A stretch of 30,663 nt of DNA, taken from NCBI GenBank assembly GCA_963582115.1, contig CAUZRH010000001.1, positions 1 to 30,663 on the forward strand, written 5' to 3'. The notes beneath the pieces were generated by a model. That model was not told the DNA's origin and searched no databases. It worked only from the letters and a program-made list of their open reading frames with translations. Position 1 is the stretch's first letter. Every line of letters starts with the position of its first letter. The position numbers and the translations under genes were made by a program. This stretch comes from Dehalococcoidia bacterium (GTDB lineage: Bacteria > Chloroflexota > Dehalococcoidia > Lucifugimonadales > Lucifugimonadaceae). This document shows, piece by piece, positions 1-10,186 of this stretch.

Positions 1-2
1 TC

Positions 3-623
3 GCTAAAGGCCTGGAAGCGGATGTGAAGCCCGTGGTGTTGCTGGATGCGGGAGACAACATCGGTGCGGGTAGCTCCGGCGACTCTACGGTGATCCTTGA
101 GGAGGCTATTGCGCAGGGCGCCGATAGCTTCCTGCAAACGCTACGGGACCCGGAAGCTGTCGCTGCGTGTGACGCCGTGGAAATCGGAGGCCGGGTCGAT
201 ATCAGCGTCGGGGGTAAGACCGATGATCTGCACGGCGATCCGGTTGCGGTCACAGGAACAGTAAAGAATCTCTCGGACGGCGCGTTTGAGGACAACCGGC
301 CACTTCACGCCGGGTGGACCTTCTTCGATCAGGGTCGCTGCGCCGTTGTCGAGTGTGACTCCGGACAGACGCTACTTCTGGTCTCCACAAGCATCGGTAA
401 CGTCAGCATTGAGCAGTACTACTCGGTCGGCGTACGCCCTGAAGATTTCCAAATAGTTGTGGCGAAGGGCGTGATGTCTCCGCGACCTGCATATGAAACC
501 GTAGCCGCGCAGATGATCCTCGTAAACTCGCCCGGAGCTACCTCTGCGGATTTATCATCGTTCGACTATGCTCATCGCAGAATGCCCCTTTACCCATTCG
601 AAGAGAGTGCGCCCTACACGTAA
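3..623 (+). CDS. MlrC/M81-family metallopeptidase, C-terminal part (5' truncated by the window edge)
   Basis: Frame is open from position 3. Motifs VVLLDAGDNIGAGSSGDST, VGGKTD.LHG.PV, IVVAKG and VNSPGATSADL..FDYAHRR.PLYPFE resemble the MlrC C-terminal domain. Confidence 0.8.
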   Translation, partial: AKGLEADVKPVVLLDAGDNIGAGSSGDSTVILEEAIAQGADSFLQTLRDPEAVAACDAVEIGGRVDISVGGKTDDLHGDPVAVTGTVKNLSDGAFEDNRPLHAGWTFFDQGRCAVVECDSGQTLLLVSTSIGNVSIEQYYSVGVRPEDFQIVVAKGVMSPRPAYETVAAQMILVNSPGATSADLSSFDYAHRRMPLYPFEESAPYT

Positions 624-681
624 CCTCTAACCCTTCCAAAGAGCGTGCAAGACGCTCCTTCTCAACCTGACGCCAATCCAT

Positions 682-1392
682 ATGACTTCTCAAAACCGCA
701 GGATAGTCATCATCGAGGATGACCCAACCCTCCGTGAAGCGCTCCGATACAACCTGGTGTCGGAGGGGTACGAGGTCGTAACCGCCGAAGACGGGATCGC
801 TGGTCTTGAGCTAGCTCGAGACGCCAACCCGGACGTCGTGCTTCTTGATCTGATGCTGCCGGGTATGACCGGGCTGGACGTGTGCCGGTCGCTAAGACAG
901 GGCGGCTCCGTTGTGCCAATCCTGATGCTTACTGCGCGTGATACCGAGATGGACCGCGTGGTCGGGTTGGAGGTCGGTGCGGACGACTACATCACGAAGC
1001 CGTTCAGCATGCGTGAGCTACTGGCGCGGGTCGCCTCTATGCTGCGTCGGATCGACATGGACCGGTCCGCGGCTCACCACGAAGACGAACTTGAGCTTAT
1101 GGAGTTCGACGGCCTGTCGATCGACGTTGGTCGGCGACAGGTGTTGGTCGATGGCGAGCCGGTAGAACTTCGTCACCGTGAGTTCGATCTCTTGGCCTAC
1201 CTGGCGTCCCATCCCGGGCGCCCGTTCACCCGTGACTCACTGCTCTCCGACGTTTGGGGTTACGACTATCTCGGCGATTCCCGGACCGTAGACGTCCACA
1301 TTCGGTGGTTACGAATGAAGATCGAAAAAGAGCCGTCTCATCCCACGCGTCTGGTCACATCCCGGGGAGTCGGCTACAGGTTCCAGCCGTAA
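682..1392 (+). CDS. phoB: OmpR/PhoB-family response regulator (phosphate regulon)
   Basis: Receiver domain (IEDD, LLDLMLP, LTA, KPF) plus winged helix (RTVDVHIRWLRMKIE, RGVGYRF); sits directly upstream of a kinase and pstSCAB. Confidence 0.9.
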   Translation: MTSQNRRIVIIEDDPTLREALRYNLVSEGYEVVTAEDGIAGLELARDANPDVVLLDLMLPGMTGLDVCRSLRQGGSVVPILMLTARDTEMDRVVGLEVGADDYITKPFSMRELLARVASMLRRIDMDRSAAHHEDELELMEFDGLSIDVGRRQVLVDGEPVELRHREFDLLAYLASHPGRPFTRDSLLSDVWGYDYLGDSRTVDVHIRWLRMKIEKEPSHPTRLVTSRGVGYRFQP

Positions 1393-1396
1393 CGAT

Positions 1397-2818
1397 ATGA
1401 AATCGATCAATCTCAGGGCGCGCATTGCGCTTGTCTCAGCCGGGCTGACTATCGCTGGCACCGTCCTGATAGGGCTGGCCGCCGGTGGCGCTTCTGCAGA
1501 TGCAGGGCCGGTCATTACCGCCGTCATCATCGTGTCGATACTTGGCATCGCCGCCTCCTGGGTGCTTTCGGGCCGCCTGGCTGACGGCGTCATACGCCTT
1601 GGTGCGGTCGTAAACAGGGCGGCAGAAGGTGATTACACAACCCGGGCCAGTATCGGCGGACCGTCCGAAGTCGCAGACGCCTCGGAATCGCTCAACCATC
1701 TCATCGACCGGCTTCGGTCCGCTCTGGAAACCGGTGGTTCTGAGCGCATCCGCCTTTCTTCAATCCTGAACACAATGACGGACGGCGTTCTGGTCGTCGA
1801 CGAAGATGGCATCGTTGAGCTGGCCAATCCGGCGGCCCTGGCGATGCTGGACGCCCCTCATGAATTTCGGTCCGGTGATCGCATGGTGACGCTCAACCGT
1901 GATCACGAGGTACTCAGGGTCATCAACGACTCCGTGACCGAGCGCACAACCGCACATGGCCAGGCGGAACTGCTCGGTTCAAGGCGACTCATAAACATCG
2001 AAGCCGTCCCGCTAACCAATGAAGCTTTGGTCGATGAACCGGTCCGCACGATGAGCCGATCATTGGTCCTCTTGAACGACCTTACCGAACTACGCCGTGT
2101 GGATGTGACAAGGACTGAGTTCGTCACTAACGCCTCTCACGAGCTACGCACGCCTCTCGCGGCAATACGTGCCTCTGCGGAGACACTTCAGCTAGGAGCT
2201 TTAAACGACCCGGAAGCGGCCGAAGGGTTTCTGGAGCGGATCGGTGACAACGTCCACCGCATGGAGGACATGATCACGGAGATGCTTGAGCTGTCCCGGC
2301 TGGAGACGGGTCAGGCGCCGATGCACCTTGCTCCGATCAGCCTCGAAGAAGTTGTGATGGAAGAGGTCGACCGACTACAGCTAGTGGCCGAACTGGGGGG
2401 GGTAGATCTGACTACAGACACGAGCGACGATATCCCGGCAATTACAGCAGACCGCACCATGATCAGCCAGGTGGTGGACAATCTTGTCTCCAACGCCATT
2501 CATGCATCCGACAGAGGCGATCGCGTGAATGTGGCGATCAAACGGACGAGTGAGGGCGTAGCACTCTCTGTGACCGATACCGGACGCGGCATCGAGGCCG
2601 AGTACGCACCGCACGTGTTTGAGCGGTTCTACAAGGTTGACTCCTCAAGAAGCGACGGCGGGACCGGGATCGGGCTGGCCATCGTGAAGCACATCGCACA
2701 GGCACACGATGGCGATGTAAGCGTGGAGAGCGCGCCCGGCAGTGGATCAATTTTTACCGTGTCGTTCCCGCTGACCAGAGGATTTGAGATAGATCCGAAT
2801 TCGCTGTCCGAGACGTAG
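1397..2818 (+). CDS. phoR: Phosphate-regulon sensor histidine kinase (2 TM, HAMP, PAS, HisKA, HATPase)
   Basis: H-box EFVTNASHELRTPL, N-box DNLVSNAI, G1 DTGRGI, F-box FERFYKVD, G2 GTGIGLAIVKH; PAS entry MTDGVLVVD; gene context. Confidence 0.9.
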   Translation: MKSINLRARIALVSAGLTIAGTVLIGLAAGGASADAGPVITAVIIVSILGIAASWVLSGRLADGVIRLGAVVNRAAEGDYTTRASIGGPSEVADASESLNHLIDRLRSALETGGSERIRLSSILNTMTDGVLVVDEDGIVELANPAALAMLDAPHEFRSGDRMVTLNRDHEVLRVINDSVTERTTAHGQAELLGSRRLINIEAVPLTNEALVDEPVRTMSRSLVLLNDLTELRRVDVTRTEFVTNASHELRTPLAAIRASAETLQLGALNDPEAAEGFLERIGDNVHRMEDMITEMLELSRLETGQAPMHLAPISLEEVVMEEVDRLQLVAELGGVDLTTDTSDDIPAITADRTMISQVVDNLVSNAIHASDRGDRVNVAIKRTSEGVALSVTDTGRGIEAEYAPHVFERFYKVDSSRSDGGTGIGLAIVKHIAQAHDGDVSVESAPGSGSIFTVSFPLTRGFEIDPNSLSET

Positions 2819-2851
2819 TCGAACGATAGTTCAAGCTGATTCCGTCTCCGG

Positions 2852-2869
2852 CTTAACAATCGTTTAACA
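2852..2869 (+). promoter_or_regulatory. Pho box: two direct repeats yTTAACA at 11-bp period
   Basis: cttaaca at 2852-2858 and tttaaca at 2863-2869, upstream of pstS; matches the TT(A/T)ACA direct-repeat architecture of PhoP/PhoB sites. Confidence 0.7.
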
Positions 2870-3006
2870 CAATTCGACCTACGGCGATAAAGCTGCGCGC
2901 AGATGCTAGTTCAAGATTTTCACTTGCGAGCCAATTGCTGCGAAGTCGGCGATTCCGCTCATCGAATCTCCCGCCAACCAAACCTCCATCTTGGAGCTGG
3001 TAGAGC

Positions 3007-4005
3007 TTGCCTACGCGTTACGTGGCGCTTGCAATTGGGATCGCCCTGATCGTCGGGATCGTCGCGCTCGGAATGAACGAGCCCGGCACCGAACTTTTGG
3101 CGGCCGATTCCCCGTTGGCCGGGACCATCGAAATCGATGGGTCAAGTACCGTGTTTCCGATCTCCCAGGCCGTGGCCGAAGAGTTTCGCAAGTTCCACCC
3201 AAACGTACAGGTTCCGGTAGGCGTATCAGGGACCGGCGGCGGTTTCAAACGCTTTGTTGTAGGCGAGACGGACATATCCAACGCTTCACGCCGGATCAAG
3301 CCCATCGAGACCGAGAGGGCGGCGGAGAACGGGATCGAGTTCATAGAGATCGCCGTCGGATTTGACGGGCTGTCCATCGTCGCCAACCACTCCAACGAGT
3401 TTCTGGACTGCCTCACGACCGCAGAGTTGCTTGCAATCTGGAACCCGGACAGCAAGGTAAACCGGTGGAGCGAGGTACGGGCAGGGCTGCCAGATAGTAA
3501 GTTCCGTCTGTACGGCCCGGACACAGACTCCGGGACCTTTGACTACTTCACCGAGGCCATCATCCACGAGGAAGACGCCAGTCGATCCGACTACTCGGCG
3601 AGCGCCGACGACAACGTCCTGATCCGGGGCGTTGGAGGCGATAAGAACGCACTTGGTTACTTCGGGTATGCGTTCTACTCCTCAAGCCCGGACTTGCTGA
3701 AACTGATTGCCGTAGACTCCGGGTCCGGCTGCATCCGCCCGTCTCCACAGACGATCAACGACGGCACCTACGTACCACTGGCACGGGCCATGTTCATCTA
3801 CGTGAACACCGCATCACTGGAGCAGGAAGAGGTCGTAGAGTTCATAAACTTTTATCTCGACAACGCCACCACGCTGGTTGAAGAGGTTGGATACGTGGCG
3901 CTACCTGAATCTCTGTACAACGAAGGCCGATCCGCCCTGAACCTTGCGACCGGCACCGCGAGGTCAGATCTTACGCAATCAGGTACTTCAGGTACCGGGC
4001 AATGA
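3007..4005 (+). CDS. pstS: Phosphate ABC transporter substrate-binding protein
   Basis: [48 protein letters not shown]; TTG start; N-terminal hydrophobic helix. Confidence 0.95.
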   Translation: MPTRYVALAIGIALIVGIVALGMNEPGTELLAADSPLAGTIEIDGSSTVFPISQAVAEEFRKFHPNVQVPVGVSGTGGGFKRFVVGETDISNASRRIKPIETERAAENGIEFIEIAVGFDGLSIVANHSNEFLDCLTTAELLAIWNPDSKVNRWSEVRAGLPDSKFRLYGPDTDSGTFDYFTEAIIHEEDASRSDYSASADDNVLIRGVGGDKNALGYFGYAFYSSSPDLLKLIAVDSGSGCIRPSPQTINDGTYVPLARAMFIYVNTASLEQEEVVEFINFYLDNATTLVEEVGYVALPESLYNEGRSALNLATGTARSDLTQSGTSGTGQ

Positions 4006-4015
4006 GGAACCTTCT

Positions 4016-4978
4016 GTGGCTTCTCTAAATCGCTCTGGGGCCAATGGTTCTGGTCGTTCCGGATTTTCGGCGTCGATAGAGGCACGTCGTAAGGCTAGAA
4101 GCCGAGCACGTATTGAGCAGATAGTTGTCGTTGCGGTACTCCTGCTCGCCACGTTGGTCTCTGTACTAACAACGGTCGGCATCATCTTCACCCTCTTACG
4201 AGAGAGCTACGGGTTCTTCCAGGACGTCCCGGTCTGGGAGTTCCTGACCGGGACAAAGTGGGCGCCTCTCTTCTCGCCACAGTCGTTCGGCGTACTTCCA
4301 CTCATCGCCGGCACACTACTCGCTGCCGGAATCGCCGGGGCCGTCGCACTCACCCTTGGCCTGGGCGCTGCGATCTACTTGTCCGAATACGCCCCCGACC
4401 GCGTGCGACGGATCATCAAGCCGATTCTGGAGGTCCTGGCCGGGATACCGACGGTTGTTTACGGTTTCTTCGCCCTGTCGTTCCTGACGCCGATTTTGCA
4501 GGCCGTGCTGCCGATCCCGGTGATATTCAATGTCCTGAGCGCCGGCATGGTGATGGGACTAATGATCATGCCGATGGTGTCCACCCTGAGCGAAGATGCC
4601 ATGGTTGCGGTGCCACGAGAGTTGCGTGACGCTGCGTATGCACTCGGGGCCACGCGATTTGAGGTCGCCGTCAAGGTCGTATTACCTGCCGCTCTGCCGG
4701 GGATCGTGGCTTCGTTCATCTTGGCCCTGTCCCGGGCAATCGGCGAGACCTTGATCGTGACCATCGCCGCCGGGGCCACGCCGAACCTCACGATCAATCC
4801 GCTTGAGAGCATTCAGACGATGACCGCTTACATCGTCCAGGTATCGCTTGGCGAGACGCCACATGGGTCGCTTGTCTTCAAGACGATCTTCGCCGTCGCC
4901 CTGGTGCTCTTCATAATGACGCTGATCATGAACATCGCCGGGCGCTGGATCGTCCGTCGGTACACGGAGAGGTACTGA
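4016..4978 (+). CDS. pstC: Phosphate ABC transporter permease PstC
   Basis: [27 protein letters not shown]-loop, ALSRAIGET. Start reassigned to GTG 4016 (GAGGA at 4004-4008) rather than 3944. Confidence 0.95.
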   Translation: MASLNRSGANGSGRSGFSASIEARRKARSRARIEQIVVVAVLLLATLVSVLTTVGIIFTLLRESYGFFQDVPVWEFLTGTKWAPLFSPQSFGVLPLIAGTLLAAGIAGAVALTLGLGAAIYLSEYAPDRVRRIIKPILEVLAGIPTVVYGFFALSFLTPILQAVLPIPVIFNVLSAGMVMGLMIMPMVSTLSEDAMVAVPRELRDAAYALGATRFEVAVKVVLPAALPGIVASFILALSRAIGETLIVTIAAGATPNLTINPLESIQTMTAYIVQVSLGETPHGSLVFKTIFAVALVLFIMTLIMNIAGRWIVRRYTERY

Positions 4979-5937
4979 TGGATCAACATCAAGCTCCCCT
5001 GGACCCCGCCCGGGTGACAAGCCAGATCGCCGCCAGCGTGACTAGAGCTCGCTACTCCGGGCCCACCCCTCCGAGTCGCTCTACGACGGTGCGATCACCG
5101 TGGCGCAGGTGGCGTGATAGATTCTTTTTTCTGATTTTCTTCGGCTCGGTAGTCGTAGGCATATTCGGCCTGGGTGCGCTGGTGGTTGACGTACTCACGG
5201 ATGGGCTCGGCACGCTAGATTTCAGCTTCATCAACAGCTACCCATCGAGGCACGCTGAAGAGTCCGGTATTCGGGCTGCGTTGTTCGGCACCATATGGAT
5301 AACGGTGGGCACTGCCGCGTTCGCTATCCCCATCGGGGTGGGGACGGCGATCTTCCTAGAGGAGTTCGCACCGGATAACAAGGCGACGCGGTTGGCGCAA
5401 CTCAACATCGCAAACCTGGCCGGGGTGCCGTCGATCATCTACGGAATCCTGGGGCTGGCGCTATTTGTTCAGGCGTTTGCGCTTGACCGGTCCATCCTCG
5501 CCGGATCCCTCACGATGACGCTACTGATCCTACCGATCGTCATCATCGTGTCTCAGGAAGCGATCAAGGCGGTTCCGAACGAGTTCCGTGATGCAGCGTT
5601 TGCCCTCGGAGCCAACCGTTGGCAGGTAGTAAAAACGGTCGTGCTGCCGCAGGCGATCCCCGGGATCATGAGCGGCATCATCCTGGCACTCTCACGCGCC
5701 GTTGGTGAGGCCGCCCCGATGCTAATGATCAGCTCGCTGGTGTTCCTTACCTTCATCCCGACGTCCCCGGGCGACCGATTCACGGTGCTCCCGGTCCAGA
5801 TCTTTAACTGGGTGTCACTGCCCCAACCCGGATTCCAGGCTGTCGCTTCTGCCGGGATCATCGTCCTACTCGCAGTCCTGTTGTCGATGAACTCCATTGC
5901 CATCTGGATTCGCAACCGCTACGAGAAGAGGTACTAA
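4978..5937 (+). CDS. pstA: Phosphate ABC transporter permease PstA
   Basis: GIRAALFGT, IANLAGVPSIIYG, LSRAVGEAAP; start overlaps the pstC stop. Confidence 0.95.
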   Translation: MDQHQAPLDPARVTSQIAASVTRARYSGPTPPSRSTTVRSPWRRWRDRFFFLIFFGSVVVGIFGLGALVVDVLTDGLGTLDFSFINSYPSRHAEESGIRAALFGTIWITVGTAAFAIPIGVGTAIFLEEFAPDNKATRLAQLNIANLAGVPSIIYGILGLALFVQAFALDRSILAGSLTMTLLILPIVIIVSQEAIKAVPNEFRDAAFALGANRWQVVKTVVLPQAIPGIMSGIILALSRAVGEAAPMLMISSLVFLTFIPTSPGDRFTVLPVQIFNWVSLPQPGFQAVASAGIIVLLAVLLSMNSIAIWIRNRYEKRY

Positions 5938-5992
5938 CCGTGTTCTTTAAACTCGTGCCTGGTAAACCCGTGGCTGGATCGGAGGCCGTGTC

Positions 5993-6856
5993 ATAGCAGC
6001 TAATTCTGAGTCGCCGGCGCCTACTACAGGAGCCAGCGCAGAAGACCTCACGACAAACCGCGGTGAGCGTTATGTCGAGCAGTTTGACCCGTCAGAAGTC
6101 GCACTTGAGACCAGGGGGCTTCGGGTCCACTACGGCGAGACGCTTGCGCTGTACGATGCCGACCTCCAGTTCCCACGTAATAAAGTGACGGCCATCATCG
6201 GTCCGTCCGGTTGTGGCAAAAGCACACTATTACGATCGCTCAACCGGATGAACGAGCTAATCCCCGGGGCGCGCGTCGACGGCAGCGTGATGTTTGACGG
6301 ACACGATCTGTACGCAGCGGACGTAGACCCGACCGAGGTCCGATTCCGAATAGGGATGGTCTTCCAACGGCCCAACCCGTTCCCGAAGTCCATATATGAA
6401 AACGTCGTTTTTGGTGTCAAGATCAATGGCCTGAAGCGTGATTTTGATGAGGTCGTTGAGCAGGCTCTGAAACAGGCCGCTCTCTGGGACGAGGTAAAGG
6501 ACCGGTTGGACGACAACGCCTTCGGCCTTTCCGGCGGGCAGCAGCAGCGCCTGTGCATCGCCCGTGCGCTGGCCGTTGAGCCAGAAATTATTTTGATGGA
6601 CGAACCGGCGTCGGCGCTGGACCCGATCTCCACGCTGTCGATCGAAGACCTGATCAGGGAGCTTCGAGAGCAGTACACGATCGTAATCGTGACCCACAAT
6701 ATGCAACAGGCCAACCGAGTTTCGGATTACACGGCGCAGATGTGGACCGACGAGCGTCGGCAGGGAACGCTGATCGAGTACGCAGCGACCCGTGAACTGT
6801 TCAGCACCCCTCACGATAGCCGCACAGAGGGATACATCACGGGTCGCTTCGGTTAG
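5993..6856 (+). CDS. pstB: Phosphate ABC transporter ATPase PstB (start codon uncertain, ATA candidate)
   Basis: Walker [52 protein letters not shown]. PstB-like sequence ([16 protein letters not shown]) extends upstream of GTG 6185 with no in-frame ATG/GTG/TTG after the TAA at 5963. Confidence 0.9.
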   Translation: MAANSESPAPTTGASAEDLTTNRGERYVEQFDPSEVALETRGLRVHYGETLALYDADLQFPRNKVTAIIGPSGCGKSTLLRSLNRMNELIPGARVDGSVMFDGHDLYAADVDPTEVRFRIGMVFQRPNPFPKSIYENVVFGVKINGLKRDFDEVVEQALKQAALWDEVKDRLDDNAFGLSGGQQQRLCIARALAVEPEIILMDEPASALDPISTLSIEDLIRELREQYTIVIVTHNMQQANRVSDYTAQMWTDERRQGTLIEYAATRELFSTPHDSRTEGYITGRFG

Positions 6857-6946
6857 CCGAACGCCTTCCTGCTTCCGATCGACCAAATTACGATTTCAAA
6901 ATAACTATCCGTGGAAGCCAATCGACACACCAGTGATGAGTGAACG

Positions 6947-7705
6947 ATGACCATGATCCGGAACTGGAAAGACGTCGTCCCGTACATAGGGCACGATTTC
7001 GCAATTATCTGGCCCATTTTCCGTAGCGTTGGCTGGCCTGACAGAGCTCCCGACGACGCTCCACTTCAGGGAATGGACGGATTCACGATCCATCGGATGC
7101 AGGGCGGACAGGCCGGCGATTATCACGATCACGAGGCACAGGAGCAGGTCTACTACTTCATCAAAGGCAGCGGCCAGATGAAGTTGGACGGTGAAATTGT
7201 TGACGTGATGATGGGTGACACTGTCCACATCCCTGCGAAGGTGATGCACCAGTTCATCAACAACTCGGACGACTGGTGCGAGCACGTGCTTGTGACCGCA
7301 GACGTGGCTCAAGAACACGTCAAAGAAGGGTCACCGGCCCTGATACGAAACTGGAAGGACCTTGTTCCATACGTCCGGCATGACACGGCAATCATCTGGG
7401 GCCTGTTTATGGGAGCCGGGCGTAAGGGTGTTGATCCCAAAAGCACTGTGATGCACGGAATGGACGGATTTACGCTGCACCGGATGCAAGGTCGGCTGAC
7501 AGGCGAATACCACAGCCACGTAAACCAGGAGCAGGTCTACTACTTCATCAAGGGCCGTGGCCAGATGAAGCTAGATGACGAGATTTTCGACGTCAAAGAA
7601 GGCGACGCCGTTTATGTCCCGCCGCAGGTGAAACACCAGCTCATCAACAACACGGAAGACTGGTGCGAACATCTGCTCATCACGGCAGAAGTGGCACAGA
7701 ACTAG
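6947..7705 (+). CDS. Tandem two-domain cupin (bicupin), function unknown
   Basis: Two repeats about 129 aa apart, each with HxH(x4)E...G and P..V.HQ.IN; identical 26-nt block at 7139-7164 and 7526-7551. Confidence 0.85.
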   Translation: MTMIRNWKDVVPYIGHDFAIIWPIFRSVGWPDRAPDDAPLQGMDGFTIHRMQGGQAGDYHDHEAQEQVYYFIKGSGQMKLDGEIVDVMMGDTVHIPAKVMHQFINNSDDWCEHVLVTADVAQEHVKEGSPALIRNWKDLVPYVRHDTAIIWGLFMGAGRKGVDPKSTVMHGMDGFTLHRMQGRLTGEYHSHVNQEQVYYFIKGRGQMKLDDEIFDVKEGDAVYVPPQVKHQLINNTEDWCEHLLITAEVAQN

Positions 7706-7799
7706 CCGTAACATCAAATAACTCGCCAATAAGCGCTAGTTAGTCTGACTTTATTTATGAAACTCGAATAGAATTATCGGGCGCACCATGCCGGGTGGT

Positions 7800-7821
7800 T
7801 GGCGATCTCGTATGATCGCCA
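7800..7821. promoter_or_regulatory. Palindromic operator candidate TGGCGATC-N6-GATCGCCA
   Basis: Perfect 8-bp inverted repeat overlapping a -10-like TATGAT (7811-7816), about 50 bp before the molybdoenzyme start. Confidence 0.35.
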
Positions 7822-7873
7822 CAATTCCCCGTAGTGGATCTCCGACGTACCAAGAGAAGGGACCTTAGGACGA

Positions 7874-10162
7874 ATGGTGATTTCCGAATCAGCTCAGCCC
7901 GCCTATCGAGTAGTTGGCACGAGGCCGATCCGGCCCGACGGACTCGACAAGGTGACCGGCCGAGCGCTGTACGGAGCAGACATTAAGCTCGAAGGTCTCG
8001 TACATGGCGTGATGCTGAGAAGCCCGCACGTTCACGCCCGCATCAAGTCCATCGACACCTCAGCCGCCGAGAAAGCGCCGGGCGTGCTGGCAGTTATCAC
8101 CGGGGCAGACATGCCCATCTCCGCTGACAGCACGGCGAAGGTCGGCGAAGCGTGGTCCTCCAACCGCGTAATGGCGCACGACAAGACACTGTTCAAGGGC
8201 CACCCCGTTGCCGCAATCGCAGCAACCACCCGCAACGCCGGGTATGAAGCCCTCAAGCTGATCAAGGTCGAGTACGAAACACTCGACCCGGTCCTCTCCA
8301 TTCAGGATGCGATCGCACCGGGTGCGACTCTCGTTCACGACACTCTTGTGGGGAACCACCTCGGTGAGTCGGTCAAGGACACAAACATCGCGGCGGTCAT
8401 TCGCCACGAGCTTGGCGATCCTGAAGGTGCTATGGCACGCGCATCACTGGTGGTGGAGCGCACGGTCGAAATGGCGACGGTTCACCAGGGCTACATCGAG
8501 CCCCAGACCGGAACCGCTTTCTGGGACGAGAACGACCGCGTAACGGTCTGGACGAGCACGCAGGGCGCATTTGGCGTCCGCACCCAAGTTTCCAGCATCC
8601 TGAACGTATCTGAAGCTGACGTACACGTCATCCCGATGGAGATCGGTGGTGGTTTCGGCGGCAAGCTGAACGTCTACCTTGAGCCGATAGCCGCCATTCT
8701 TTCGAAGAAGACCGGCCGGCCGGTCAAGGCTTACATGAGCCGTGTAGACGTTTTTGAGGCCACAGGCCCGGCTGCGGCGGCCATCATCAAGATCAAGATG
8801 GGCGTCGACGATGACGGGATGATCATCGCCGCCGATGCCGATCTTAAGTACGAGGCCGGCTCATACCCGGGTTCGCCGGTCGCAGCGGGAGCGGTTTGCT
8901 GCTTCGCTGCTTACGACCTGGATAACGTGCGAATCACTGGCTACGACGTGCTTGTCACGAAGCCAAAGACGTCCGCATACCGCGCACCGGGCTCGACGCA
9001 CGTCGCATACGGCGTTGAGTCGGTGATCGACGAGATCTGCGAGAAACGCGGTTACGACCCGATCAAGTTCCGGATCAAGAACGCCTCCCGGGAAGGAAAG
9101 CGCCGCGCCGACGGACCCATCTGGGGACCGATAGGCATCACGCAGGTGCTTGAGCAGTCCCGTGACTCGGCTCACTGGACCTCCCCGCTCGAGAAGACCG
9201 GCCCGACCGGCAAGAAGCGTGGACGTGGCATCGCCACGGGCTTCTGGCGTAACGGTGGTCGACGATCTGTTGTAACCCTAAACCTGAACAGCGACGGAAT
9301 AGTTTCGCTGATCGAGGGATCGGTCGACATCGGCGGCTCTCGTGCGTCCATCGCCATGCAGGCCGCAGAGGTTCTCTGCATTCCGATGGAGGACATCCGG
9401 CCGCAGGTCGCCTCCACCGACAGCGTTGGCTATACGGACAACACCGGCGGAAGCCGAACGACTTACGCCACCGGCATGGCCTCTTACAGGGCCGCCGGAC
9501 TAATGGTCGAGGAATTGAAGCTCCGGGTGTCCAAAATATGGGACATCGCTACTTCAGATGTTGTGTACGACAACGGCACATTCCAGGCCAGGCAGGACGC
9601 TGAGCTTGAGTCGATGAGCATGACCTTCAAGGAGCTCGCTGGCCGTATCGACGGCACCGGCGGTCCTGTCGCCGTAACCGGCAGCGTGGACCTGGCTGAC
9701 GCAGCGGGCGCTTTTGGCGCTCACCTCGTAGACCTTGAGGTAGACCTGGAGACCGGCAAGACCGACATACTCCGCTACACCGTCGTACAGGATGTCGGCG
9801 GCGCAATCCACCCGTCCTACACCGAAGGCCAGCTACAGGGCGGAGCGGTGCAGGGTATCGGTTGGGCGCTGAACGAGGAGTACTACCTGACCGACGAAGG
9901 CAAGATGGCTAACTCGTCGTTCCTTGACTACCGAATGCCGACTACGTTCGACCTCCCAGAGATCGAGACGGTACTGGTGGAGTTCCCGAACCCGTTGCAC
10001 CCGTTTGGCGTGCGCGGCGCCGGTGAGGTTTGCATCGCGCCTCCGGTGGGAGCTATCGCCAACGCACTTCACGACGCACTGGGGATTCGATTCCAGCAGA
10101 CGCCGGTGAAGCCAGGACGCATTCTTGAGTCTCTCGGGGTACTGAAAGACGGCGTGCAGTAA
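7874..10162 (+). CDS. Xanthine oxidase/aldehyde oxidoreductase-family molybdopterin-binding (large) subunit
   Basis: DGLDKVTGRALYGAD, LRSPHVHARI, STQG, GGGFGGK, AYRAPG, GQLQGGAVQGIG, GVRGAGE. Confidence 0.92.
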   Translation: MVISESAQPAYRVVGTRPIRPDGLDKVTGRALYGADIKLEGLVHGVMLRSPHVHARIKSIDTSAAEKAPGVLAVITGADMPISADSTAKVGEAWSSNRVMAHDKTLFKGHPVAAIAATTRNAGYEALKLIKVEYETLDPVLSIQDAIAPGATLVHDTLVGNHLGESVKDTNIAAVIRHELGDPEGAMARASLVVERTVEMATVHQGYIEPQTGTAFWDENDRVTVWTSTQGAFGVRTQVSSILNVSEADVHVIPMEIGGGFGGKLNVYLEPIAAILSKKTGRPVKAYMSRVDVFEATGPAAAAIIKIKMGVDDDGMIIAADADLKYEAGSYPGSPVAAGAVCCFAAYDLDNVRITGYDVLVTKPKTSAYRAPGSTHVAYGVESVIDEICEKRGYDPIKFRIKNASREGKRRADGPIWGPIGITQVLEQSRDSAHWTSPLEKTGPTGKKRGRGIATGFWRNGGRRSVVTLNLNSDGIVSLIEGSVDIGGSRASIAMQAAEVLCIPMEDIRPQVASTDSVGYTDNTGGSRTTYATGMASYRAAGLMVEELKLRVSKIWDIATSDVVYDNGTFQARQDAELESMSMTFKELAGRIDGTGGPVAVTGSVDLADAAGAFGAHLVDLEVDLETGKTDILRYTVVQDVGGAIHPSYTEGQLQGGAVQGIGWALNEEYYLTDEGKMANSSFLDYRMPTTFDLPEIETVLVEFPNPLHPFGVRGAGEVCIAPPVGAIANALHDALGIRFQQTPVKPGRILESLGVLKDGVQ

Positions 10163-10186
10163 GCGACGCCACCTGAACGCTAGATC

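Noticed and set aside
641-657. Terminator hairpin gagcgt/acgctc between mlrC and phoB
   Set aside because: Only 6 bp with no U-tract.
6130-6886. Long antisense ORFs over pstB (also 18913-19506, 23541-24089, 24332-24877 and others)
   Set aside because: Shadow ORFs typical of GC-rich coding DNA; no recognisable motifs; they overlap strongly supported genes.
7874-10162. Aerobic CO dehydrogenase CoxL
   Set aside because: No AYxCSFR or AYRGAGR motif and no coxMS or accessory genes.
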